Source: a virus. Taken from it: a stretch of 64,000 nt of DNA. The notes below the pieces were generated by a model. The model was not told the DNA's origin and ran no database searches. It saw only the letters and a program-made list of their open reading frames with translations. The position numbers and the translations under genes were made by a program. Each line of letters starts with the position of its first letter. Within the stretch, counting starts at the first letter, position 1. The stretch is from IMG/VR virus record IMGVR_UViG_3300010885_036069, positions 32,001 through 96,000 of that record; one strand, given 5' to 3'. Below, piece after piece: positions 1 to 8,737 of this stretch.

Positions 1-132
1 TTTGGCGACATTGTAAAGGTTGATGGATCTTCGTTTATGTGCGAGAAGAATGGATTCTCTGTGTATGTGTCTGGAGAAACAAAAAGGCCGATCCCCGCTA
101 AGAGGATCGGCCTTGATGCCATTAAGCCTTAG
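1..132 (+). CDS. 3' end of a hypothetical gene, truncated by the window edge
   Basis: Frame 1 is open from base 1 (FGDIVKVDGSSFMCEKNGF...) to TAG at 130-132 and converges on the endolysin gene. Confidence 0.4.
   Translation, partial: FGDIVKVDGSSFMCEKNGFSVYVSGETKRPIPAKRIGLDAIKP
81..114 (-). terminator. Intrinsic terminator downstream of the endolysin
   Basis: AAGGCCGATCC / GGATCGGCCTT inverted repeat followed by a T-run on the minus strand. Confidence 0.75.
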
Positions 133-1205
133 TTATTGAGCAGTGCAGCCCAAGTCTGAGGGCCAACGATTCCATCAGTCTGAAGTCCACTATTTGATTG
201 GAACTGACGGACAGCACCATCAGTTGCTGGACCAAAGATCCCATCGCTGACGAGGCTGTATCCCTTAGCGTTCAGTCCAACCTGAAGCATCTTTACCTCT
301 CCGCCATTTGAACCAAGGCGAAGGACTGTCTTAGTCGCGGCGTCAAGTGCTGCGAGGAAAGAGTTGTCCGGAGATACCTGCTCAACAGCAGGAAGGTTGG
401 AGAGGAACACAAACAGGTTGTGAGTTGCCTCTTCTGTCTGCGGACCCCAAATGCCATCTGGCGTGACCTTGAGGTTCTTCTGCCATTGAATCACAGCCCT
501 CTCAGTCTGAGGTCCGTATACTCCATCCTGAGGCACACCAACGACCTGCTGGATTTCGCGTACCTTGTTGCCTGTTGATCCGACCTGCCATACAGACTGG
601 CTCGGTACGGGGACGGGGACGGTAGGGATTGGAGGTGCGACGGGGGCTGAACCACTGTGGCGCTCAATTGCTTGAAGAAGCATTGAATCAAAGATCCAGC
701 GATCTTCTCGTCGGCTCCAAGCGTCACTTCGATCCCAAGGCTGAACATCGCCGTGATGGGCCAATCCAGGCCGGTTCTTTACGTCCTCACCAATGAACTG
801 AGAGGCAGAAGCAATATCAATCCCGTTTCGCTGCCAGAAGGCGACGATCTCGCGGGCCATGTTGTCAATCTCTGTTTGAGTGTCAGGACTGTCGGGAACG
901 AGGGCGGCTGACTGTGCTGCAATGGCAATCATCCAACAACGAGAGTTGAAGCCCGAGGCGGCCACGCCATAGGCCGTATATTCATCTGGCATCATCATGA
1001 CTGCGGCGTTTGGTTCTGAATCAACCAAGCAGTGATAACTGCCCGGATCCTGACGTCGAGCGATGAATGCGGCGGTGTTCTCTGCTGAGGTGTACCCACC
1101 ACTTCCTTCAGTGGTGTGGATAACTACACCACCTGACACGCCATTGTTGCGTGACGGCCAGAACTGTTGGCTTGCTGGCGGGTTGTCAATGAGGTAGTAG
1201 CCCAT
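129..1205 (-). CDS. Endolysin: N-acetylmuramoyl-L-alanine amidase with two C-terminal peptidoglycan-binding domains
   Basis: VVIHTTEG, SYH and HHGDV zinc-amidase motifs; Pro-rich linker; repeated DGxxGPxT PG_binding_1 motifs. Confidence 0.9.
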   Translation of the reverse strand: MGYYLIDNPPASQQFWPSRNNGVSGGVVIHTTEGSGGYTSAENTAAFIARRQDPGSYHCLVDSEPNAAVMMMPDEYTAYGVAASGFNSRCWMIAIAAQSAALVPDSPDTQTEIDNMAREIVAFWQRNGIDIASASQFIGEDVKNRPGLAHHGDVQPWDRSDAWSRREDRWIFDSMLLQAIERHSGSAPVAPPIPTVPVPVPSQSVWQVGSTGNKVREIQQVVGVPQDGVYGPQTERAVIQWQKNLKVTPDGIWGPQTEEATHNLFVFLSNLPAVEQVSPDNSFLAALDAATKTVLRLGSNGGEVKMLQVGLNAKGYSLVSDGIFGPATDGAVRQFQSNSGLQTDGIVGPQTWAALLNN

Positions 1206-1234
1206 ATGGACTCCTTTTCTAGTGATCGTATGTG

Positions 1235-1462
1235 TCAGTCTAACTTATTTGCCAAGTCAGCGAAATTAGTTATTTCGCATGTGATTACATCTTCAGTCAT
1301 GCCAACCACCTTGAATCCCAAGGCCTCAAGGAATACATCAGCGAGATCCTCGCTCTCATCAAACTCCTCGTCTGAGGGGTCTTGATCGGGGTCAAGCATC
1401 AGGTCAAGGAAGATGCTTTGGATGGCGTCGCGTACTTTCAGAGTTGCATCTTGTTCGTTCAT
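1235..1462 (-). CDS. Small acidic hypothetical protein
   Basis: 75-aa ORF co-oriented with the endolysin. Confidence 0.6.
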   Translation of the reverse strand: MNEQDATLKVRDAIQSIFLDLMLDPDQDPSDEEFDESEDLADVFLEALGFKVVGMTEDVITCEITNFADLANKLD

Positions 1463-1465
1463 GAC

Positions 1466-1498
1466 TTGACCCTACCCTTGCACCTGTGTAGAGTGCAA
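1466..1498 (+). promoter_or_regulatory. SigA-type promoter for ssb with an overlapping inverted repeat
   Basis: TTGACC (1466-1471), 17-nt spacer, TAGAGT (1489-1494) with extended -10 TG; TTGCAC/GTGCAA inverted repeat at 1478-1498. Confidence 0.6.
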
Positions 1499-1568
1499 AT
1501 ACCTCCCCCACTTGGGGGCAGGTGTCTAATAGATGCGGATACGTCCGTCCAAGCGAGAAGGTACATAT

Positions 1569-2006
1569 ATGAATAACGCCCAAGTAACGGTCGTTGGCAA
1601 CCTCACTGCCGACCCCGAACTGAAGTTCTTTGAGTCTGGAAGCGCAAAGCTCACATTCTCAGTTGCTGCTGATCGCAGTTGGAAGAAGGGCGATGAATGG
1701 GAAACCCAGACATCGTTCTTCAATGTCATTGCATGGCGTGATGTTGCAGAGAATGCTGCTGACGTCATTGGCAAGGGCATGCGAGTTGTTGTAGTCGGTC
1801 GGCTTGAACAGCGTTCATGGGAAACCCCCGAGGGCGATAAGCGTTATGCCATTGAGGTTGTTGCGGATGAAATCGCTGCATCAGTCAAGGGCATTGAAAG
1901 CGCTGTTCGTCGTCAGCGTGGTGAAGGTGGCGGAGCGAAGTCTGCTCCCACTCCACGAAAGGCCGCTGCTAGCGATCGAGTAGTGCCAGACGAAGAAGCC
2001 TGGTGA
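1569..2006 (+). CDS. ssb: Single-stranded DNA-binding protein, actinobacterial type
   Basis: VTVVGNLTADPELKF, GMRVVVVGRLEQRSWET and acidic C-terminal tip. Confidence 0.95.
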   Translation: MNNAQVTVVGNLTADPELKFFESGSAKLTFSVAADRSWKKGDEWETQTSFFNVIAWRDVAENAADVIGKGMRVVVVGRLEQRSWETPEGDKRYAIEVVADEIAASVKGIESAVRRQRGEGGGAKSAPTPRKAAASDRVVPDEEAW

Positions 2007-2007
2007 T

Positions 2008-2286
2008 CTAGCGATCACGAAGGGTCAGTTCCGAAAACCGGAGCTGGCCCTTCTTTCGCGCTAACGCCTGACGCTGATTGACTGTGTAGCCACCCCACAC
2101 CCCGTGCCTCTCTTCTGTGGCAATAGCATGATCAAGACATTGCTCTCTAACTTGACACACGCCATGACAGATTGAAATGGCAAGTTTCTGTTCGGGTACA
2201 CCTGGGTCGGCATACCAATTAGCACCAACAGCGTTGTATGTTTTACACGCAGAGAGTTTCATCCATGTCAGTTCATCAGGTTCCAT
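2008..2286 (-). CDS. whiB: WhiB-family Fe-S transcription regulator
   Basis: Four-Cys pattern (C...C-HGV-C-QVREQ-C) and GVWGG motif; start placed at MEPDELTW. Confidence 0.85.
   Translation of the reverse strand: MEPDELTWMKLSACKTYNAVGANWYADPGVPEQKLAISICHGVCQVREQCLDHAIATEERHGVWGGYTVNQRQALARKKGQLRFSELTLRDR
2019..2057 (+). terminator. Intrinsic terminator after ssb
   Basis: GAAGGGTCAGTTCCG / CGGAGCTGGCCCTTC hairpin followed by TTT. Confidence 0.7.
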
Positions 2287-2344
2287 AAGTGAAGTATTGA
2301 CTGGACTGAACATCAATGTCAATGATTTCTTTTGATGATTAGAG

Positions 2345-2752
2345 GTGCGTATGAATAACGAAGTTATGGAACTGTTCAGCGAATGTCCGAGCATGCTTCA
2401 AATGGCACTAGCAATGGATGTTGTTGAGGGGGAACTTGACGGTGCTACGGGATTTCCATCGCTAAGGGCAGTAGCGAAGCACTGTCTTACGGGAAGTCCT
2501 ATCGCTGATTCTGAAGTAGCGGAGTGCAGTGAGTTGCTTGATGGGTGGGTTAGCACTCAACAAGCATTGCAGGCCGAGTGCTTTGAGGTACTGGCGCAAC
2601 TTGAAGAGGTCATGCCCACTAGCGACCTTGATAACATGCCCGATTGGCCATGGACTGAATGGGGTAAGACGCTGAAGCACCCGTGGTCTGAGCGTCTTAC
2701 TGAAGCGATTGAATGGGCGCACTTCTATTTGGATGCCAAGAAGGTGAAATAG
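2345..2752 (+). CDS. Hypothetical protein
   Basis: 135-aa ORF, first gene of a translationally coupled run. Confidence 0.65.
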   Translation: MRMNNEVMELFSECPSMLQMALAMDVVEGELDGATGFPSLRAVAKHCLTGSPIADSEVAECSELLDGWVSTQQALQAECFEVLAQLEEVMPTSDLDNMPDWPWTEWGKTLKHPWSERLTEAIEWAHFYLDAKKVK

Positions 2753-3225
2753 TGGGGTATCGGCACAGTGGTCCGAGGCGTGACATAAAGAGAGTTAGCC
2801 GAGTTGGTGAGTATGGGTCGGTCTGGTGGCTCCACGAGCTTGAGTGCGGACACATAGAGAAGAGGAAGCGTGCCTCCTCAAAGTCTCAGGTTGGGTGTGC
2901 GGCCTGCAAGTCCGAGGAGCGAATGAAGATTGGCGTAATGCGTCACTCTGACTTTGATTCAGGTTCGGATGCTCAGGTTCAGATTGAGGCTGACCAACTG
3001 AAGGCAAAACTTGCCTCTGCTCTCGGCGTGCCTCTTGATGCTGTTGGCGTTCAAGTAGCCATGACCGGTCAGAAGTTGCAGATCAGTGGAGCGATGATAT
3101 TCCTTCACCCCCAAGCAGCAAACGGCGTGGTGAAAAGATTTGACAATGGAATTATGTCTGACTATGTTGAAAATCATAACGAAATGGGGCAGGAAGTCCC
3201 TTATTACCTAGGAGATAGCGAATGA
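2752..3225 (+). CDS. Hypothetical protein with a putative Zn-ribbon
   Basis: LECGH...CAAC motif; GTG start overlaps the upstream stop. Confidence 0.6.
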   Translation: MGYRHSGPRRDIKRVSRVGEYGSVWWLHELECGHIEKRKRASSKSQVGCAACKSEERMKIGVMRHSDFDSGSDAQVQIEADQLKAKLASALGVPLDAVGVQVAMTGQKLQISGAMIFLHPQAANGVVKRFDNGIMSDYVENHNEMGQEVPYYLGDSE

Positions 3226-4196
3226 ACTCATCTGAACGATCACAGCGTGATGCGTTGATCAAGGATGCTTATGATCATGGTGAGCGTATTGCGAATATCG
3301 CAAGTGCCACTAGTACATCCGAGGCAGTGGTCTATTCGATCATTCGGTCAGGGCGTAAGGATGGCACTGTCACTCGCACTAGTCGCTCGGCATACTTGGC
3401 CGATCCGGAGAAGGTGGCTAAGCGCCAGAAGCGCAATGCGGCAGTGGTTGAAATGTACGAATCGGGAATGACCCTTGCTGAAATCGGTTCCTCACTTGGC
3501 ATAAGTGGGGAAGCAGTTCGGAAGATCATCCGAAATAGCGCAGGACTCAGTGATGAGATGAAGACCGCCTCGTACTACAAGGAGCGTCGCTACGAGCGGT
3601 TTGTCAATGAGTATGGGGAAAAGGTTGATGCGCTCTTTGATGAGAAGCGCAACATGGCTGAAGTGATCGCCTCCTTCCCCGAGCTGAAGGCGACAGACGT
3701 CAAGCGATTCCTCAAAGCAAAGTCAAAGTCAGTTGTCCAGACGCGCACATCAAGAATGCACTGGACAAAGGAGCGCATCATTAGCGTCCTCAAGGATGCT
3801 GCTGATGAGCGTGATCGCCTTTCTACTGTTGATTACGACAAGTGGCGCAACTCTGGTGCGCTCTTTGAGGGTCGTATCCCACCCACGAAACTGGTCATCT
3901 GCTGGCGCTTTGATACCTGGAACAATGCGATTGAGGCTGCTGGCCTTGATCCAATCAGTTCTAAGCGTCGTGTCTACTCACGGTCTTGGAATCGCTCTGA
4001 TGCAATCACAGCAGTTCGTACCTACGCCAGCGAGTCGCTTGATATGGGTAAGCGCCCCACTTCCGCTGGATACGAGAAGTGGAGTCCATCGAAGAGCGGG
4101 GTTCCATGTCGGGCAACACTCGCATACGCCTCAGGTGGAATGAAGTGGTCAGAGATGTTGCGTGAAGCATTTGATGGGATTGAGGAGAATCAGTGA
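3222..4196 (+). CDS. HTH (sigma70 region 4-like) protein with homing-endonuclease-associated repeats, paralog 1
   Basis: MTLAEIGSSLGISGEAVRKII HTH; two W-T/N-x-E...P-T...F-x-T-W-N-x-A-I-E-A-A-G-like repeats; no nuclease motif seen. Confidence 0.7.
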   Translation: MNSSERSQRDALIKDAYDHGERIANIASATSTSEAVVYSIIRSGRKDGTVTRTSRSAYLADPEKVAKRQKRNAAVVEMYESGMTLAEIGSSLGISGEAVRKIIRNSAGLSDEMKTASYYKERRYERFVNEYGEKVDALFDEKRNMAEVIASFPELKATDVKRFLKAKSKSVVQTRTSRMHWTKERIISVLKDAADERDRLSTVDYDKWRNSGALFEGRIPPTKLVICWRFDTWNNAIEAAGLDPISSKRRVYSRSWNRSDAITAVRTYASESLDMGKRPTSAGYEKWSPSKSGVPCRATLAYASGGMKWSEMLREAFDGIEENQ

Positions 4197-5122
4197 ATAG
4201 CACAAAGCGACAGGCACGCAATCAGGAAATCATCAATGACTACAACTCACGAATGAAGGTTGTTGACATTGCCCGCAAGCATGACCTCAGTGTTGTTTCG
4301 CTCTCGGTGATCATCAGGGCTGCTCGCACCTTGGGTCATGTGACATGGGATGGCAAGGAGGATAAGTCAGAGCGCAATCAGTCAATCATTGCTCAGTATC
4401 AGTCAGGACTCACCATGGAGTCCATTGCTCAGGGATATGGACTTTCCCGTGAGCGCATTCGTCAGATCCTCAGCGACAATGACATTGAGTCACGCTCACT
4501 CACTCAAGCAAATGAGGAGGCTTACAGGAACTGGGTACTTGAGAATGGTGATGAGGTCAACGAAACATTTGATCGCGTTCGCAGTATCAGTGGAACTGCT
4601 GCTGCCCTCCCAACACACCCAACAACTTGGGTTCGTCGCTTCTTGAGCAATCGCAAGCACGAGTCAATCCGAACAAAGGGTTCTGAGAAGTTCTGGAATA
4701 GAGAACGCTTGATCGCTGTGGTGAAGGACGCTTCAATTGATGGGGTGCTGACCATTCCTCGCTATCAGAGGTGGCGCAACTCCGGAGTGAAGTTTGAGGG
4801 TCGCACTCCACCCACACATGCCATCATCGTCTGGACATTTGGGTCGTGGAACAAGGCTCTCTTAGAGGCCGGCATTACCTCATCAGAGAGAAAGAACAAT
4901 CGGATCTACTCACGCACATGGTCAGTTGATGATGCTTACAGTGCTGTGCGTGTCTACTCATCCGAAATGATGAGCATGGGAAAGCGCCCCACATTCGCTG
5001 GCTATGGTGAGTGGAGTCATGAGAACCCTGGCTACCCATCCAACACATACATTCGAGTGTTGACAAACAAGCCATGGGCCGAAGTTCTTCGTGAAGTGAT
5101 GACACCAACTAAAGAGTCATGA
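4193..5122 (+). CDS. HTH (sigma70 region 4-like) protein with homing-endonuclease-associated repeats, paralog 2
   Basis: LTMESIAQGYGLSRERIRQIL HTH; collinear with the previous gene (WRNSG..FEGR.PPT, R.YSR.W, MGKRPT.AGY). Confidence 0.7.
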   Translation: MNSTKRQARNQEIINDYNSRMKVVDIARKHDLSVVSLSVIIRAARTLGHVTWDGKEDKSERNQSIIAQYQSGLTMESIAQGYGLSRERIRQILSDNDIESRSLTQANEEAYRNWVLENGDEVNETFDRVRSISGTAAALPTHPTTWVRRFLSNRKHESIRTKGSEKFWNRERLIAVVKDASIDGVLTIPRYQRWRNSGVKFEGRTPPTHAIIVWTFGSWNKALLEAGITSSERKNNRIYSRTWSVDDAYSAVRVYSSEMMSMGKRPTFAGYGEWSHENPGYPSNTYIRVLTNKPWAEVLREVMTPTKES

Positions 5123-5628
5123 CCATCCTCTCTCATAGGCAACTGTTGCTTCTCGCATATGAGTCAGCATCCAACTCCATCCACCCATCAACACAAGTAG
5201 GCTCGCTGCTCTACTACCCTCGTCTTGACGGTGGTATCCCATATCCAGACACTGCTGGCAATAACACCATTCCAAGTGGATTGATTGATAGTTTAGATAG
5301 GTGGTCATCCCCCTTTATGAGGAATCTGTATGTTGAACACTCAGAGCGTTCGACGATCTATGCAGCGGCAAGGCAGGGGATTTGTACTGATCTGCTCGGA
5401 ATGGTTGCGACTTGGGCGGCTTGCTCGGATTGCGCTAGGGCGATCATTGCTGCTGGTATCACTGAAGTGCTTACGGATGCACGCTCATACGAGAGGACAG
5501 CCCCTGAGTGGAGAGATACAGTCCTACTTGGAAGAGAAATGATGAAGGAGGCCGGAGTCAAAGTGATTGACTACAACGGCCCCCTCATTGGTGAACTACG
5601 TCAAGGTGGAGAGATCGTCACTCTGTAA
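5119..5628 (+). CDS. dCMP/cytidine deaminase family protein
   Basis: HSE and ACSDC zinc motifs, ARAIIAAGI, EAGV C-terminus. Confidence 0.85.
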   Translation: MTILSHRQLLLLAYESASNSIHPSTQVGSLLYYPRLDGGIPYPDTAGNNTIPSGLIDSLDRWSSPFMRNLYVEHSERSTIYAAARQGICTDLLGMVATWAACSDCARAIIAAGITEVLTDARSYERTAPEWRDTVLLGREMMKEAGVKVIDYNGPLIGELRQGGEIVTL

Positions 5629-5863
5629 GTGACTTCTTCTTCCAAGTGACTGCATTGCTGATGTAGACAGATGCCCATAGGGCAGTGAGTGCTACGAACC
5701 CCCATCTCTCAGTGATGATGGAGTATGTGGCCCACGGGATTGTCATCACTCCCACAATGATGAGCCATCCCCACCAGATATGTCGTGTTGCTATGACACG
5801 CATGAATGTGATGCCCACCACCTCACAGGCAAAGAGCAACCATGTCCATGCTTGTTCGCTCAT
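5618..5863 (-). CDS. Small membrane protein
   Basis: Three hydrophobic, Trp-rich segments. Confidence 0.65.
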   Translation of the reverse strand: MSEQAWTWLLFACEVVGITFMRVIATRHIWWGWLIIVGVMTIPWATYSIITERWGFVALTALWASVYISNAVTWKKKSLTE

Positions 5864-5866
5864 TGC

Positions 5867-6079
5867 TCACCATGTTCCATTGGCAAGTTTCTGAATGCGC
5901 TCATTCAGTTGCTCAACCTCATGTACCTGATTGTCAAGCTCAGCACGAAGGAGTATGGCTTCCTCAATGAATGCGACCAATACAGGTCGAAGGTCAATCC
6001 AATTGTTTCCATCATGGATCTTGATGAGTCCTGCTGTCCTGATGGTATTGATGAGTTGTTCTGGAGTCATGCCACTCAT
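5867..6079 (-). CDS. Hypothetical protein with a C-terminal coiled coil
   Basis: 70-aa ORF in a coupled minus-strand run. Confidence 0.6.
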   Translation of the reverse strand: MSGMTPEQLINTIRTAGLIKIHDGNNWIDLRPVLVAFIEEAILLRAELDNQVHEVEQLNERIQKLANGTW

Positions 6080-6360
6080 CCTATTGCATCTGACTCAATG
6101 CCAATACGCACATGACGTCTGTCATGAGCATCCAAGTACTGAATCCCATCACTCAGAGTGACTGGCCATTCGCTCTCTGTCACAGGCCATTCACTCTTTG
6201 GAGGTCGGATGATGAGTGCCTCCTCTACCCCACACTGTGAGCAGATCTCTGTTTCGTTGTCAGTCCTGCTCAATGCTCCTGGGTATGCACCAGGTGCATC
6301 GTTACTTGGAATGTACCCTTCACATCGAGGACAGATGATGGTTATCGCTGTGTTGTTCAC
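6076..6360 (-). CDS. Zn-ribbon hypothetical protein
   Basis: CPRC...ALSRTDNETEICSQCG motif. Confidence 0.7.
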   Translation of the reverse strand: MNNTAITIICPRCEGYIPSNDAPGAYPGALSRTDNETEICSQCGVEEALIIRPPKSEWPVTESEWPVTLSDGIQYLDAHDRRHVRIGIESDAIG

Positions 6361-6824
6361 TTGGCTTCTTCTTTCTCTTTGAGTCGATCTACTTGAGGAT
6401 CACGCACCTCATAGGAACCTTTGCCTACCCTGAGGAAGTATGTGATGTGTTCATTCATGAACTTACGAGCTGTTGCTTCTGAGAACTGTCCAGCCTCTGC
6501 TACATCAAGGACTGTCACTACTGATCCAACACTCTCAGACATCCACTGCATTGCTGCTTTGCGCTTATCAACATTTCGGATCTTGCGCTCAGGATCAACT
6601 GAGTCACTGCCACATAGTTCTTCAATGACTCTGTTAGCAATTGAGTAACCACGCAATGCACTAGATGATCGTTCACCAGTTGTGATGAACACACATTCAG
6701 CACGATGACGCTCTCCCATTAGGAGTAGTTCATCCTTTGGAATCAGTTGATGTGATCCATGCTTCTTGAGTGCTGATGAGTATGAGTTCTTGAACTCGTT
6801 GTCCACCTCTTTGATGGTTTTCAT
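6357..6824 (-). CDS. Hypothetical protein, possible C-terminal winged HTH
   Basis: VTVLDVAEAGQFSEATARKFM segment; coupled by 4-nt overlaps. Confidence 0.6.
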   Translation of the reverse strand: MKTIKEVDNEFKNSYSSALKKHGSHQLIPKDELLLMGERHRAECVFITTGERSSSALRGYSIANRVIEELCGSDSVDPERKIRNVDKRKAAMQWMSESVGSVVTVLDVAEAGQFSEATARKFMNEHITYFLRVGKGSYEVRDPQVDRLKEKEEAK

Positions 6825-7150
6825 TGATTCTCTCCTCTGAGGTATTCCATACCCATTGACACGCCAATGCTGATGGCTGATGTGACTCGTGCTATTGACA
6901 TAGGTACTTCAATCTCTGATGTCGGAATCATTGAATCAAGGTACTCATCTGAGTACACGACAATGACATCATCCATCAGGTCACTTGCTATGAGGACCGG
7001 ACCTGTACCTCCATCGATTGATGATGCAGGTGCTGTCACGACTAGGACATTACGTCCCCACTCAGTCGTGGCTGTGACCATCACGTTCTTGTCCTCATTC
7101 TTTTCAAATCGAATCATCGGCACTTGGCCTGAGCTGTTGCTCTCCGTCAT
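6821..7150 (-). CDS. Hypothetical protein
   Basis: GAGG RBS before MTESNSSG; first gene reading leftward from the DnaA-box array. Confidence 0.6.
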   Translation of the reverse strand: MTESNSSGQVPMIRFEKNEDKNVMVTATTEWGRNVLVVTAPASSIDGGTGPVLIASDLMDDVIVVYSDEYLDSMIPTSEIEVPMSIARVTSAISIGVSMGMEYLRGENQ

Positions 7151-7352
7151 GTGAACCTCTCTCGTATATGACAGGAACATTGTTGTCCCTGTGTAGGTAG
7201 TAACGCACGATGCATTGATAGATGTGCATCGGCTTATGTGATTGATGAATAGGATACACATAGGCAATGGTCAATGCAAGGGCAATGCATCTGGGCAATG
7301 AGCATGGGCATGGGCTGAGCCTGGTATCAATATGATCTTTTGATTTTATGGT

Positions 7353-7657
7353 TGTGAATAACCTGTGGATATGACTGTGGATATCCTATGGGTAACTGGG
7401 AGAGGCACCCCTGTGGGTAACTTGTCCACAGTCCCGTCATCGTTATCCACAATGTTGTCCACAGGATAAGGCCTATCCTGTGGACAACACGAGGGTTATC
7501 CCCAGCCTTATCCACAGACCTGCTGACTCCGACGGGACTATCCACAGCCTTGTGGATAAGTGATGCCTGTGGATAACTATCGACCTGTGGATATCCATGT
7601 GGATAACCCTGTGGATATGTGGACAACCTGTGGATATGTGGATAACTCTGTGGATAA
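7353..7657. repeat. Array of about 21 DnaA boxes (oriC-like element)
   Basis: 7 perfect TTATCCACA/TGTGGATAA (7443, 7508, 7551, 7568, 7598, 7637, 7649), 4 TTGTCCACA/TGTGGACAA (7422, 7455, 7479, 7618) and about 10 near-matches, in both orientations; AT-rich patch at 7326-7352. Confidence 0.9.
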
Positions 7658-7775
7658 ATGCGGGACTCCCAACTTTCCGGGGCCGGTCAGAAAGTGGGGG
7701 GGGACCAATATGGATCATCTAAGCCCCTTTTTCTGTTCGTACAAACGGAACGCCTCTCACTTGCTAGTCCTCTAT

Positions 7776-7804
7776 TTGACTTGTTCTATTTGGACTGTCA
7801 TACT
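7776..7804 (+). promoter_or_regulatory. SigA-type promoter upstream of the deacetylase
   Basis: TTGACT, 17-nt spacer, CATACT with extended -10 TG. Confidence 0.55.
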
Positions 7805-7849
7805 GCTCGGGAAGTAATTATCCACTATCTACTTGACCAGGAGGTCTTT

Positions 7850-8737
7850 ATGAACATCTATTTCAATAACTCTTACACGGCATCGCTATTTGCCTTTGAC
7901 ACCACCCGCAAGTCTGGCGATGTGGCTCAGTCTCTTCTAGATCGGCCCATTGACGGAATTACGCTTGTCGATCCTGTCGGATTCGCCCAGCGTGCTGAGG
8001 CGCTTATCAATATGGTTCACTCTTTTGACTATTACACCGCCGTCAAGTCGGGCAACCCACGCGACGTGGCGGAATCACAGGGCTTCTCATGGGACGAAGG
8101 AATCTTCCCAATGGCGCTAAATCACACCGCCGGTGTTGTCGCTGCTGCTGATGAAGCACTCAACCTCAACCGAGCGACGGGAACGCTCTCGTCAGGCTTG
8201 CACCACGCTAAGTGGGACCAAGGCGAAGGTTTCTGCACCTTCAATGGGCTTGCTGTTGCAGCTCGCCATGCGGTTGATGCAGGAGCGCGCGTTCTCATCC
8301 TTGACTTTGATGCCCATTGTGGCGGAGGCACCTACAGCCTTCTTGAAGACATCGGTGGTTATGTGACTCACATTGATGTGTCCGTTTCAGGCTTCGACAT
8401 GTACCGCACCGACGGCAATAATAAGTTGGTCATGTCTGAGTCCGGTTCATATGAATGGGATATCAACGCAGCACTTGATTACGCAAGCACCCTTGGACAG
8501 TTTGATTTGTGTCTGTATAACGCCGGCATGGATCCGTTCAACTGCGGTGTGAGCATTGATGAATTGGTCGCTCGGGAGAACGCTGTTGCTGCCTTCTGTC
8601 GCGATCATGTCCCCGCTACGGCCTTTACTTTGGCTGGTGGCTACACCTGGGGCGACGTGGAAATGAGCGAAATCGTTGATCTTCACCGCCTCACAATTAC
8701 GAGCTTTCAGGAGAGTTATGACTGCATCACAAACTGA
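7850..8737 (+). CDS. Zn-dependent histone deacetylase (HDAC/AcuC/APAH) family protein
   Basis: GLHHA, GFCTFN, LDFDAHCGGGT, YNAGMDP and LAGGY motifs; GGAGG RBS before MNIYFNN. Confidence 0.92.
   Translation: MNIYFNNSYTASLFAFDTTRKSGDVAQSLLDRPIDGITLVDPVGFAQRAEALINMVHSFDYYTAVKSGNPRDVAESQGFSWDEGIFPMALNHTAGVVAAADEALNLNRATGTLSSGLHHAKWDQGEGFCTFNGLAVAARHAVDAGARVLILDFDAHCGGGTYSLLEDIGGYVTHIDVSVSGFDMYRTDGNNKLVMSESGSYEWDINAALDYASTLGQFDLCLYNAGMDPFNCGVSIDELVARENAVAAFCRDHVPATAFTLAGGYTWGDVEMSEIVDLHRLTITSFQESYDCITN

Noticed and set aside
3222-5122. Mobile homing endonucleases
   Set aside because: No catalytic nuclease motif was found in either protein.
7353-7657. Host chromosomal oriC, or a CRISPR array
   Set aside because: There is no dnaA, dnaN or rpmH context and both flanks are phage-like. 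The repeats are 9-mers in both orientations with no regular spacers.
7327-7817. Track ORFs with YPQ, VDN and IHR repeats (7327-7626, 7473-7718, 7560-7817)
   Set aside because: The peptide repeats are just translations of the DnaA boxes, so the region is best read as non-coding.
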